Both the position numbers and the translations under genes were made by a program. Positions 1 through 9,554 of a stretch of DNA of 64,000 bases are shown here, piece by piece (position 1 is the first letter of the stretch; each line of letters begins with the position of its first letter). This stretch comes from Terriglobia bacterium. Lineage in GTDB: Bacteria; Acidobacteriota; Terriglobia; Acidiferrales; UBA7541. The notes under the pieces were generated by a model that was given only the letters and a program-made list of their open reading frames with translations, had not been told where the DNA came from and searched no databases. The stretch lies in assembly GCA_963695545.1 (NCBI GenBank), contig OY968796.1, positions 2,912,001-2,976,000 on the forward strand. Direction: 5' to 3'.

Positions 1-2
1 AG

Positions 3-335
3 ATTTTCCCGGTGGTTGTGGCTGCGGCCGACGCCGGGGACAGCGCGGCGCAAGAAATTCTGTTCGCGGCGGCGCTGGCGCTGGCGCAGTTGGCGCTGAT
101 TGTCGCGCGCCGACTCGATTTGCAAGCCAAAACGTTTCCGCTGGCTTGCGCGGGCGGCGTGTTCGGCAGGAGCCGCACGCTGGATGGCATGCTCGAATCG
201 GTGCTGCGCAGCGGCGCGCCATTGGCGGATATCACGCAACTGAAAATTTCTCCGGCCGTCGGCGCGGCGCGCATGGCGCAGCGACTGGCGGGGCCGCTGG
301 CCGCTTCGGCGACACATGGCGGAGCGTACCGCTAG
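3..335 (+). CDS. C-terminal part of a BadF/BadG/BcrA/BcrD-type ATPase (N-acetylglucosamine kinase-like), truncated by the window edge
   Basis: AAxxGDxxAxxIL, GGVF and PAxGAA motifs typical of the family C-terminus. Confidence 0.7.
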   Translation: MFPVVVAAADAGDSAAQEILFAAALALAQLALIVARRLDLQAKTFPLACAGGVFGRSRTLDGMLESVLRSGAPLADITQLKISPAVGAARMAQRLAGPLAASATHGGAYR

Positions 336-1158
336 CTCTTCCGCCGCAGGTGACGAGGGCCGCGGCCGCGGGGCTGCGGAGCGCGCGGCGTCGCGCGACG
401 CGGCGAGTTCTGAGCTCGTCGAACTCGTGCAATCCGCGCGCGATGAAGCGCTCGCCGCGCTGCTCGAAAATCCCGATTTCGATCAAGATCACGCCGCGCT
501 GCTTCCGATTCTTCTCGATCGCAAAAATCTGCCCGAGGGCATTCTCGAACGCATCTCGAAACGCACGCGCTGGATGGGCGACGCGGCGGTGCAGCGCAAA
601 CTCGCGGCGCACGCGCACACGCCGCGGCGCGTGGCAATGCGCTTGCTGCGCGAATTCCATCTGCTCGATCTTGTGCAATTCAGTTTGCAGCCGGCCACGC
701 CGCCCGAGGCACGGCGCTTGGCGGACGAATTGCTGGTCGCGCGGATTGGTCAGTTGCCGCTGGGCCAAAAGAAAATGCTGGCGCGGCGCGGCTCGGCGCA
801 AGTAGCGTGCGCGCTGCTGGCCGACGCCTCCCCGGAGGTTGTGGCGGCCGCGCTCGACAATTCGTTCCTCACCGAAGCGCAGGTGCTGAAGGCGCTCGCG
901 CGGCGCTCGCTCGAGGCCCGCGCGATTTCAGCGATCGTGGAGCATAAAAAGTGGTCGCAACACCGGGCGGTGCGAATGGCTGTGGTTGCGCACGCGCGCG
1001 CGCCGCTGAACGTGGTGATGCCCATATTGCCGGAATTGCCGCGGCGCGATCTTGAAGACCTGGCCGCGCTGCCGAATTTGCCGGCGAGCGCGAAGCAATA
1101 TTTCCAGAACGAACTCGCGCGGCGATTGCGTGCCGCGAAGAAGCCGGGCGCGCCCTAA
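316..1158 (+). CDS. Hypothetical all-helical repeat protein (280 aa)
   Basis: Long ORF with GGAG upstream; repeated LxxNP/HxxTP helical motifs. Confidence 0.7.
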   Translation: MAERTASSSAAGDEGRGRGAAERAASRDAASSELVELVQSARDEALAALLENPDFDQDHAALLPILLDRKNLPEGILERISKRTRWMGDAAVQRKLAAHAHTPRRVAMRLLREFHLLDLVQFSLQPATPPEARRLADELLVARIGQLPLGQKKMLARRGSAQVACALLADASPEVVAAALDNSFLTEAQVLKALARRSLEARAISAIVEHKKWSQHRAVRMAVVAHARAPLNVVMPILPELPRRDLEDLAALPNLPASAKQYFQNELARRLRAAKKPGAP

Positions 1159-1256
1159 ATCGGCCGCGTCGCGTCCAGTTGCATCATTTCAAATAGTGAT
1201 ACGATACTGGGCGAGAAACATGTGCTTCACTGTGCACTTCGGGCCGCGAACTTGCC

Positions 1257-1285
1257 TTGACACCACGGTATCCGGCGCTTAGCAT
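1257..1285 (+). promoter_or_regulatory. Putative sigma70 promoter upstream of the PilZ gene
   Basis: TTGACA-N17-TAGCAT. Confidence 0.55.
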
Positions 1286-1328
1286 CCAAGCTCAGAACCA
1301 GTCCGACATCTTGGGAAGGGTCGGGTTT

Positions 1329-1661
1329 ATGGAAACTCACCCTAGCGCTCCTCGGGCAACAGAGCGGCGGTTGGCTCGTCGCTGCACGTTCGACGCGCCC
1401 CTGGAGATCGAGTGGGGCTCCTCCACTTTGCCCGCCCGCGTTTCGCAAATCAGCGCATCGGGAATGTTTATTCAGATCGACCAACCACTTTGGGTGGGCG
1501 CGCGTTTTGAGGCGCGGCTGGGCGTGAAGCCTCCGCTATTGCTGCAGTGCGTGGTGCGTCGCGTGGCGCCTGGAAAGGGAATGGGCGTTAGTTTTGAAGT
1601 CGTCGAACCGAAGGGCATCGAGCGATTGGAGGAGTTGGTAGCGTCTTTGCTTCGCTCATGA
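1329..1661 (+). CDS. Stand-alone PilZ domain protein
   Basis: ERRxxRR switch, QISASG motif, VVRR..GMGVxF end; start at ATG 1329 chosen. Confidence 0.8.
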   Translation: METHPSAPRATERRLARRCTFDAPLEIEWGSSTLPARVSQISASGMFIQIDQPLWVGARFEARLGVKPPLLLQCVVRRVAPGKGMGVSFEVVEPKGIERLEELVASLLRS

Positions 1662-2257
1662 CTCCACGCCGCGCGCATTGCCTGGAATGCGGAGAGGAAC
1701 GTTCCTCCGAGCAGTGTTTATCCTGTGGGCTGACCGTCGTGGCGGCCGAGATTTTATTTCGCAGGCGTTTGGTGAACCGCACGGCTTGGTTCCTTGTGGG
1801 CGCGGTGGTTTTCGTTCCCGCCAGTCAAGTTTATCCGCCGCTTGAGATCGACCGCATGTGGATTTTCGCGGGCACGCTGTTCTTCGTGACGCTCGGCCTC
1901 GCGTTCTGGCTGGACTATCGCGCGCGGCGTCATGAAGGAGTGGAGATTTTGAAGCGCGTCTGTTCCGGGTTAGTTCCGGTGCTGTGGGTGTTGGCGGCGT
2001 TGCTTTATGCGAACGGGCGATTCGATCGAAGCCAGCCTGTAGCGCACAGCGCCAACGTGGTCGGCTCGCTCAGCATGGCGGGCTTGCCTCGGAGTTATCG
2101 CCTGATCGTCACGTCGTGGCGGGAAGGCCATATGTTTGAGCGTGTGTCGGTGGATCGAATGGACTTCGACCGTTTCCGATTGGGCGACGGAGTGGTGGTC
2201 CTGGTTCAGGAAGGACTCGCAGGAATCCCCTGGGTCTATGGCGTTAATCGTCCGTAA
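1658..2257 (+). CDS. Hypothetical membrane protein with N-terminal CxxC...CxxC zinc ribbon
   Basis: ATGA overlap with the upstream gene; about three hydrophobic segments. Confidence 0.7.
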   Translation: MTPRRAHCLECGEERSSEQCLSCGLTVVAAEILFRRRLVNRTAWFLVGAVVFVPASQVYPPLEIDRMWIFAGTLFFVTLGLAFWLDYRARRHEGVEILKRVCSGLVPVLWVLAALLYANGRFDRSQPVAHSANVVGSLSMAGLPRSYRLIVTSWREGHMFERVSVDRMDFDRFRLGDGVVVLVQEGLAGIPWVYGVNRP

Positions 2258-2951
2258 TCTCCGAAGTATCGCGTACCGCGCAAATTCGCATCGGTTGTTC
2301 TGCAGATCGCTTCTACTAGTTCCGTGGATTCTCGCGGCGCTGGTTTCGCCGGCGGCGTTCGCCGCGCCAAACGCGCCAGGAGCGTGCCGCATCATCGTGG
2401 TCGGCTACACCGGCGGCACGGAGACGCCGAATTATTCGATGTCCGGCATTGTGCAGATCCGCGACCGCTTGCAGGGCTTGAATGATGCCGGCCTTTGCGC
2501 GCACACCTTCTCCGCGTACGAATGGTGGCACGCGTATGGCTGGGTGCGCTCGCAATTCGGCGCCACCGGGCGCGGGCGCATGACGCCGCAAGAGGTCGCG
2601 CAAGGGCCGAAGGTCGTGCTCTACGGCCATAGCTTGGGAGGATGGGCGACGCTGTGGCTCGCGCGCAGGCTCGAAGGTCAGGGCGTGAGCGTCGAGCTTA
2701 CGGTGCAGATGGACAGCGTGGGCTTCACGGACAAGACCGTGCCGGCGAACGTGAAGGAAGCGGCCAACTACTTCGAGAAGGACACTTTCGTGCTGCGCGG
2801 GCGCGATACGATTTGCGTCGGCGACAGCAACAAGACGCAACTCCTGGGAAATTTTCAGGTCCCCGGCGTGGTGCACTACAACATTTCTCGCGCGCCTGAG
2901 ATTTCGGATTTGATTGTCGACAAAGTGCAGGAAATTTACGACGACCCGTAG
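2238..2951 (+). CDS. Exported alpha/beta-hydrolase fold protein
   Basis: Signal-like N-terminus and GHSLGG nucleophile elbow; start uncertain. Confidence 0.65.
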   Translation: MALIVRNLRSIAYRANSHRLFCRSLLLVPWILAALVSPAAFAAPNAPGACRIIVVGYTGGTETPNYSMSGIVQIRDRLQGLNDAGLCAHTFSAYEWWHAYGWVRSQFGATGRGRMTPQEVAQGPKVVLYGHSLGGWATLWLARRLEGQGVSVELTVQMDSVGFTDKTVPANVKEAANYFEKDTFVLRGRDTICVGDSNKTQLLGNFQVPGVVHYNISRAPEISDLIVDKVQEIYDDP

Positions 2952-4327
2952 GTCTTGCGCCGCAGAAATTCGCCCGCGCCGGCGCGCCCCAGAAATTTTC
3001 CGTTTTCCACGAGAACGCGGCCGCGCGAGAGCACGATCTTCGCCACGCCTTTGACTTTGATGCCCTCGAACATCGAGTAATCCACGCGCATGTGGTGCGT
3101 CTTCGCGCTCAACACCTGCTCTTCGTTCGGATCGAAAATCACAAGGTCCGCATCGGAGCCCACCGCGATCGTGCCCTTGCGCGGATACAAACCGAACAGT
3201 TTGGCCGGCGCGGTCGATACCAGTTGCACGAAGCGATTGGGCGAAAAATGTCCGCCGTGCACGCCGCCGCTGTAAATCAAGCTCAAGCGATGCTCCACGC
3301 CCGGGCCGCCGTTCGGAATTTTGGTGAAATCGCCCTTGCCGAGTTCCTTCTGCTCTTTGTAACAGAACGGGCAATGGTCGGTGGAAACCACTTGCAGCGT
3401 GTCGCGCGCCAATCCCTGCCATAATTTTTCCTGATGCCATTTTTCGCGCAGCGGAGGCGTGAAAACGTACTTCGCGCCCTCGAAGCCCGGCGCGTCCATA
3501 TTCTCGAGCGAAAGATATAGGTATTGCGGGCAGGTTTCCGCGTAGACCGGCAATCCGCGGTCGCGCGCCTCGCGCACTTTCTCGAGCGCCTCATTGCACG
3601 AAAGATGCACGATGTAAACGGGCGCTCCGGCCATTTCCGCAAGCGCAATCGCGCGTCCCGTGGCTTCGGCTTCCGCGGTGGTGGGCCGCGTCAACGCGTG
3701 ATATTTCGGCGCGGTTTTGCCTTCGGCCAGCGCGCGTTTCACGATCACGTCGATCGCGCCGCCATTTTCCGCGTGCATACAGATCAGGCCGTTGTATTTG
3801 GCCGCTTGCGACATGGCCTTGAAGATCGAGGCGTCGTCCAGCATGAACACGCCCGGATAGGCCATGAACAGTTTGAAGCTCGGCACGCCCTCGCTCACCA
3901 GAGTGCCCATTTCTTCGAGCTGCGCGTCGCCCAGATCGGTGATGATGCAGTGGAACGAGTAGCCGGCAACCGCTTTCGACACGGCCTTGGCCATCCACGT
4001 GTCGAACGCCTGGTGCAGCGATTGCCCTTTGTACTGAATCGCGAAATCCACGAGCGTGGTGGTGCCGCCGAACGCCGCGGCGCGCGTGCCGGTCTCGAAA
4101 TCGTCGGCGCTGGTTGTGCCGCCGAACGGCATGTCGAGATGCGTGTGCACGTCGATCCCGCCCGGGAGCACGAGGCGCCCGGTGGCGTCGAGCACCTTGT
4201 CGGCATTTTCGACGGGGAGGGAAGCGGCGAGGTCGGTGATTTTTCCGCCGACAATTCCGACGTCGCTCGCAAACGTATCCGTCGCGGTGACAACTGTCCC
4301 GTTCTTGATAATGGTGTCAAATCGCAT
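2936..4327 (-). CDS. hydA: Dihydropyrimidinase (D-hydantoinase)
   Basis: PGGIDVHTH, SFKLFMAY, HAENG, STDHCPF, IPNGGPG motifs; near preT/preA. Confidence 0.95.
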   Translation of the reverse strand: MRFDTIIKNGTVVTATDTFASDVGIVGGKITDLAASLPVENADKVLDATGRLVLPGGIDVHTHLDMPFGGTTSADDFETGTRAAAFGGTTTLVDFAIQYKGQSLHQAFDTWMAKAVSKAVAGYSFHCIITDLGDAQLEEMGTLVSEGVPSFKLFMAYPGVFMLDDASIFKAMSQAAKYNGLICMHAENGGAIDVIVKRALAEGKTAPKYHALTRPTTAEAEATGRAIALAEMAGAPVYIVHLSCNEALEKVREARDRGLPVYAETCPQYLYLSLENMDAPGFEGAKYVFTPPLREKWHQEKLWQGLARDTLQVVSTDHCPFCYKEQKELGKGDFTKIPNGGPGVEHRLSLIYSGGVHGGHFSPNRFVQLVSTAPAKLFGLYPRKGTIAVGSDADLVIFDPNEEQVLSAKTHHMRVDYSMFEGIKVKGVAKIVLSRGRVLVENGKFLGRAGAGEFLRRKTYGSS

Positions 4328-4515
4328 CGCAGAATTTTAGGTCACGCGCCACGCCACCGCAAGCGCGCGTGCGCGCAACACGTGCCTTGCTTGCGGCTCC
4401 CGCATGAACTTTCATGGCGTGCGACGCCGCTCCGGTGTACATTCTTTCGGCGAAAGCTTGCAAACTCGACGCGCCTGATACGACGTGGTAGCGGCGAGGA
4501 GACTCGTAAATCATC

Positions 4516-5178
4516 ATGGCGAAACTCGAAAAAATCGGATTGGTCGTGCACGCGGAAGAAGGAGTCGGGCTGCTGCACCGGCTCACCGGCGTGATCGGCG
4601 AGCACCGGGGCAATATCGTCTCCGTTGCCATCATCGATAATTCTCCGCCCGAAGCGCAGGTCTACTTCGAGATCGAGTTGCCCGCGGAATTGCCGAAGCT
4701 CATCGCCGATCTCATGAAGTTGCCAGTTGTGCGCAGCGTCGAAGAGGTCAAGAGCCTCGAGCGCATCTACGGCAAGCGCATCATCATCATGGGCGGCGGC
4801 GCGCAAGTCGGGCAGGTGGCCATCGGCGCCGTCTCTGAGGCCGATCGCCACAACATTCGCGGCGAGCTGATTTCGGTCGACACGATTCCTCTCGTCGGCG
4901 AGCAAAATCTGGCGGACGCCGTGCGCGCCGTGGCGCGATTGCCGCGTGTGAAGGCGCTGGTGCTGGCCGGCGCGCTAATGGGCGGCGCGATCGAAAAAGC
5001 GGTGCTCGAAGTGCGCCGCACGGGGCTCCTCGTGATCAGTCTGAATATGGCCGGCAGCGTGCCTGACGCCGCCGATTTGGTAGTGAGCGATCCGGTGCAA
5101 GCCGGAGTGATGGCCGTGATGGCCGTGGCCGAAACCGCCTCGTTCAACGTAGCGCGCCTCAAGCGCCGCGTTTTCTAG
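4516..5178 (+). CDS. ACT-domain protein with DUF5612-like C-terminal domain
   Basis: N-terminal ACT-like segment; GGGAQVGQVAIGAVSEADRHNIRGE.ISVDTIPLVGE signature recalled from archaeal proteins. Confidence 0.75.
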   Translation: MAKLEKIGLVVHAEEGVGLLHRLTGVIGEHRGNIVSVAIIDNSPPEAQVYFEIELPAELPKLIADLMKLPVVRSVEEVKSLERIYGKRIIIMGGGAQVGQVAIGAVSEADRHNIRGELISVDTIPLVGEQNLADAVRAVARLPRVKALVLAGALMGGAIEKAVLEVRRTGLLVISLNMAGSVPDAADLVVSDPVQAGVMAVMAVAETASFNVARLKRRVF

Positions 5179-5187
5179 CTCAACGCC

Positions 5188-5931
5188 TCACGTCACGCGC
5201 ACATCGAAAATCGTCAGCCAATATTGAAGCGATTGAAGCGCGAACCCGCAAAAAATCAGTCCCACGCCGACGGCCCCAAGCCAGCGCTGCGGAAGATTAT
5301 CTGCATAATATTCGATGAAGGGAATGAACGTGAGTCCAAACGCCGAGACGATGCCCGTGACGAGTCCAATGCGCAACGCGAAAGCCCATGGGTGGTCCAC
5401 GTGATGTACAAGCAGACCGCAAACCAGCGCGGCCGCGGTGTTTCCGGCGGTGCGCACCACCGTGCCCCAGAACTGGCGGCGAGTTAAGCGCGGCCGGCGA
5501 TTCGCAGCATAATCCTGCGAAGGACGCGTCCCGCGAGAATAACCGAAGATTTGCCCAGCCGTGACGAGTATGGCAAATGCGATCGCGAAATCGGGCCCCA
5601 CAATCCTGTACAGTCCGGCCGCAAAAGCGAGTCCGCGAACCGCGGCGAAGAAACCTTCCCACGGCAAGGAGTAATGTTTGAGCCCGCGCGCGACGCGATT
5701 GAGTTCGATCGAGATCGTGATGCCGGTCGCGGCCCCCGCCACAAAGCCGAAGTACGCGCCGAGAGCAACGCCATAGCCGACGCCGAAGACGATGGAATAC
5801 GTCACCGCGCGCGTCAGCAAGCGCAGCGGCCCGTGCTGGCCACCCAACAAATCGTACGCAAGATAGAGGCTGCCGAGTACATCCAGGCAGCTGCCCGCGA
5901 TGCTTACGGCCGCGACTGTGTGATGGTCCAT
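5188..5931 (-). CDS. Hypothetical multi-pass membrane protein
   Basis: About seven hydrophobic segments; start at ATG 5931 chosen. Confidence 0.7.
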   Translation of the reverse strand: MDHHTVAAVSIAGSCLDVLGSLYLAYDLLGGQHGPLRLLTRAVTYSIVFGVGYGVALGAYFGFVAGAATGITISIELNRVARGLKHYSLPWEGFFAAVRGLAFAAGLYRIVGPDFAIAFAILVTAGQIFGYSRGTRPSQDYAANRRPRLTRRQFWGTVVRTAGNTAAALVCGLLVHHVDHPWAFALRIGLVTGIVSAFGLTFIPFIEYYADNLPQRWLGAVGVGLIFCGFALQSLQYWLTIFDVRVT

Positions 5932-6138
5932 GGTCACGAGTGGCTCACAGCGTGACAATATACACTGGCATGGCCAACGCAAAAGCTTCTCTCGCCAAAG
6001 AGTTTTAGCCGCTCTGCCTCCATCCGCTTTGCGGAAATTCGTCGCAAGCCTCGCGCGGCGGGCGGGCGCGGGTGTACATTTCTGGCGCGCAACGTGGCGG
6101 CGTTCGATTAACGCTGACGCCGCGAGGAGAATGCAACG

Positions 6139-7734
6139 ATGATTCGCCTGCCGCTAAAATTCTGGATGATGATCGCGATCCTTGCCGGCGGCGTGCTCGC
6201 CCAAGGCCGCGGCTCCGACGCGCGGGCGCAAGGCGCGATGGCCGACGCGCCAGCAGCGGCTCCGACAACGCGATCAACGTGCACGATGACGAGCGTGCAG
6301 GCGATTGCGCCGGCTGACACCACGATCACTGCTGTGGCGCTGACCGCGGCCACGGCGACTCTACCGGAATACTGCCGCGTTGATGCTTACGTGGCGACGC
6401 TGGGGAATACCGTGCCGTTCCGATTGGGATTGCCGACGGCGTGGAATGAAAAATTTCTGTTCGTGGGCGTGGGCGGATTCGCCGGAACGATTCCATCGAT
6501 CGATTCGGGCTTGCTGCGCGGATACGCCACGGCGGCGACGGACACGGGCCACCAGGCCGCGAAGAGCACCGACGCGACTTGGGCGTATCACAATCTGCCG
6601 AAGGAAATCGATTATGGTTACAGAGGCACGCACGTCACCGCCGTCGCCGCGAAAATTATCTCGGAAAAATTCTACGGCGAGCGATTGCGCGAGGCTTATT
6701 TCAACGGTTGCTCAAACGGAGGCCGGCAAGCGCTGATGGAAGCGCAGCGCTATCCCGGCGATTTCAACGGTATCGTTGCCGGAGATCCGTCGTTCGTGGT
6801 CGACGGAAATATCAACCGCGCCTGGGCATACCAGGCGCTTTTCTCTGACGCCGATCACTACATTCCGGCGAGCAAGCTGCCGCTGATCGCTTCCGCGATC
6901 ACGGCGGAGTGCGATGGCAAGGATGGCTTGGTGGATGGCCTGATCGACGATCCACGCAATTGCGGATTCAAGGCGGCGACACTGCTTTGCGCGAAAGGCG
7001 ACGAGGCGAATTGCTTGACCGCGGGCCAAGTGGACAGCTTCGAGAAAATCACCGCTGGTCCATCCGACGCGCATGGGAAACAAATCGCGCGCGGATTCAC
7101 GCTCGGCGGCGAAGATGGCCCGGGTGGTTGGGCACAGTGGGTCGTGGGAACCAGCGCGACCCAGCCTGACGCCGAAGGATTCGCGTACATGCAGGATTTT
7201 CTGCGATACCTCGCGTTTCCCGACAACCAAAATCCGAATTTCGATTATCGTACGTTCAATTTCGCAACCGACATGCCGTTGCTCGCAAAGGCCACGGAGA
7301 TCCTGAGGCCAGGCGATCCGAATCTCGCGCCATTTGCAGCGACCGGCGGGAAGCTGCTGATGTACCACGGCTGGGCCGATCCTTCGCTCTCCACGCTGAC
7401 CACGATCGATTACTACAACGAGGTCGTCGCAGCCAGCGGCGGCCACGCAGCCGCCGATGCGTTCGTGCGATTTTTCACCGTGCCGGGAATGCATCACTGT
7501 TCCGGCGGGCCGGGGCCGAACACGTTTGATTCTCTCGCGGCGCTCGAGCTGTGGGTCGAGCACGGGACGCCGCCGGACAAAATCATCGCGACGCATCGCA
7601 CAAACGGCGTTGTGGATCGCACGCGGCCTTTGTGCCCCTATCCGCAAGTGGCGCGCTACACCGGAACCGGCAGCATCGACGATGCGGCAAATTTTGTGTG
7701 CAGAATGCCGGAGCAAGCGAAGCCCGCTCAGTAG
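6139..7734 (+). CDS. Tannase/feruloyl esterase family hydrolase, exported
   Basis: GCSNGGRQ, YHGWAD, PGMHHC and RTRPLCPYP motifs; GAGGAG RBS. Confidence 0.92.
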   Translation: MIRLPLKFWMMIAILAGGVLAQGRGSDARAQGAMADAPAAAPTTRSTCTMTSVQAIAPADTTITAVALTAATATLPEYCRVDAYVATLGNTVPFRLGLPTAWNEKFLFVGVGGFAGTIPSIDSGLLRGYATAATDTGHQAAKSTDATWAYHNLPKEIDYGYRGTHVTAVAAKIISEKFYGERLREAYFNGCSNGGRQALMEAQRYPGDFNGIVAGDPSFVVDGNINRAWAYQALFSDADHYIPASKLPLIASAITAECDGKDGLVDGLIDDPRNCGFKAATLLCAKGDEANCLTAGQVDSFEKITAGPSDAHGKQIARGFTLGGEDGPGGWAQWVVGTSATQPDAEGFAYMQDFLRYLAFPDNQNPNFDYRTFNFATDMPLLAKATEILRPGDPNLAPFAATGGKLLMYHGWADPSLSTLTTIDYYNEVVAASGGHAAADAFVRFFTVPGMHHCSGGPGPNTFDSLAALELWVEHGTPPDKIIATHRTNGVVDRTRPLCPYPQVARYTGTGSIDDAANFVCRMPEQAKPAQ

Positions 7735-7782
7735 ACCCGCGAAAATCGCCCCAACGAGCGTTGCAGGGGAAAATTATCAGCG

Positions 7783-9252
7783 CTACTTCGCCACGCGGTT
7801 GCGGTGTCCCTTTTCCTGCTGCGGAGCCTGCTGATCCGCGCCCGGAAAAGTCGGCGAGGGTAGCCTATTCGTCGAATACTTCGCCAGCGTGAGCGGGCCG
7901 GTCGTGTCGGGAAGCTCTGGCGGCGGCGCGGTCGCGTCGTTGAATCGGAACGGCGCTGTCAGATCGCCGAATGTGCTTCGGCGCCAATCGCTGATGTTCG
8001 GTTCGCGCACGCCGGTGAATTTCTCCAGGAACTGCAGCACCGAGGTGTGATCGAAAAGCTCGCTGCACACGTAACCGCCCGCGGTCCACGGCGAAACGAT
8101 GATGCAGGGCACCCGAAATCCTCCGCCGATCGGCAAGCCGGCAACGAATTCGCCGGGCCTGCCCGCGGGAGGAACCGGCGGCGGCACGTGATCGAAAATT
8201 CCATCGTTCTCGTCGTAATTCAGTATGAATGCGGTTTTCGCCCACACCTCGGGATTCGCGGCGATGGCATCGAGTTTCGCGGCGACGAAGGCCGCGCCGT
8301 CCGCGGGCATGTAATCGGGATGTTCGGATTGCGTGCTCGTGGGGATGATCCATGAGACGGCGGGCAATTTGTCGTTGATCGCGTCGTACTCGAATTGGCC
8401 GAGCGGGCCGCGCATCATTCCTTTCAGGTAGAGCTGGGGATTTCTGTCGGCGTCCTGAAATTGTTTGAAATTCGCGAGCATGTTGCAGAAATAATTGTCT
8501 TCCTGCTGATAGACCTTCCAACTCACGCCCGCGGCCTCCAGGCGCTCGGCGTAGGTCGTCCATGTGTAACCGCCCGGCGGCGTGACGTTCTTAACGATCG
8601 GGCCGCGATTCTGTCCGTTGGGATCGATCGTGCCGGTCATCCACATCATGCGATTCGGCCAGGTCGGTCCGAGCACCGAACAGTGATAGGCGTCGCATAT
8701 CGTGAAAGCTTCCGCCAGTGCGAATTGGAAGGGGATATCCGCGCGCGTGTAATACCCCATGCAGTACGGTCCGGCCCCGCCGTCCGCTTTGCGATGCGCT
8801 GCCATCCACCCATCCATTTTGCCGCCGTTCCAGGCGGCGTGTTGCACGCTCCAGGCGTGGCTGGTGGAAGGCGTCAGTTGAGCGCTGCTCGTGCGCGTGT
8901 CCAGATGAAAGGGCAGCAAATATCCATTCGGATTTTCGACGTCCGGCTGATAGAACGCGGAGCGGCCGGTCGATAGCGTGATGGCCGTCGGATCGTCGAA
9001 GCCGCGCACGCCCGCGAGCGTGCCGAAGTAGTGATCGAACGAGCGATTTTCCTGCATCAGCAACACGACATGCTTGATGTCGCGAATCGAACCGCTCGAC
9101 GGCGGGCCTTGCGCCAGCACGCGCCGGAGGTTCGGCGGCATGAGCGTCTCGGCGGCGGCCGCGACGGCGAGCGTGGCCGCGCCTTTCAGAAGGCGACGGC
9201 GCGTGAGTGTTGTTCGAGAATCGGCAGGATCGAAGGGACGATTCGTTTTCAT
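7783..9252 (-). CDS. Phosphoesterase / phospholipase C (PlcN/PlcH family), Tat-exported
   Basis: TRRRLLK Tat motif; QENRSFDHYFG, TWPNR, SEHP, YDENDG.FDHV, GFRVP, DHTS motifs. Confidence 0.9.
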   Translation of the reverse strand: MKTNRPFDPADSRTTLTRRRLLKGAATLAVAAAAETLMPPNLRRVLAQGPPSSGSIRDIKHVVLLMQENRSFDHYFGTLAGVRGFDDPTAITLSTGRSAFYQPDVENPNGYLLPFHLDTRTSSAQLTPSTSHAWSVQHAAWNGGKMDGWMAAHRKADGGAGPYCMGYYTRADIPFQFALAEAFTICDAYHCSVLGPTWPNRMMWMTGTIDPNGQNRGPIVKNVTPPGGYTWTTYAERLEAAGVSWKVYQQEDNYFCNMLANFKQFQDADRNPQLYLKGMMRGPLGQFEYDAINDKLPAVSWIIPTSTQSEHPDYMPADGAAFVAAKLDAIAANPEVWAKTAFILNYDENDGIFDHVPPPVPPAGRPGEFVAGLPIGGGFRVPCIIVSPWTAGGYVCSELFDHTSVLQFLEKFTGVREPNISDWRRSTFGDLTAPFRFNDATAPPPELPDTTGPLTLAKYSTNRLPSPTFPGADQQAPQQEKGHRNRVAK

Positions 9253-9554
9253 GGGCGCGAAGTTCCTCGGTTCCAGGAACGAGAAATAAATCCCGCTGCA
9301 CCACAACATTACCCGCATTCGGCGGCGCAAATCCATGAATTTTCCGTGAATGAATACGCAGGGGCCCTGTTGCACATTTCTTAGCGCGCTCGGTGAAATG
9401 ATTTTGTAGTTCTGCGGCAGGTGCTAGAATTCCGCGTAGCGGATTTTGTTGGCAACCCGGTGGGAGCACGATCTTCCCGCCGGGTTGCGCGTTTTAGAGC
9501 AGGCGCGGGCGCCACTGGGCGCCACCGATCCGGGAAGGTTGGAAAAGGACAAAC

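Noticed and set aside
9253..9554. Possible riboswitch upstream of preT
   Set aside because: No recognisable aptamer consensus or terminator by eye; an Rfam scan would be needed.
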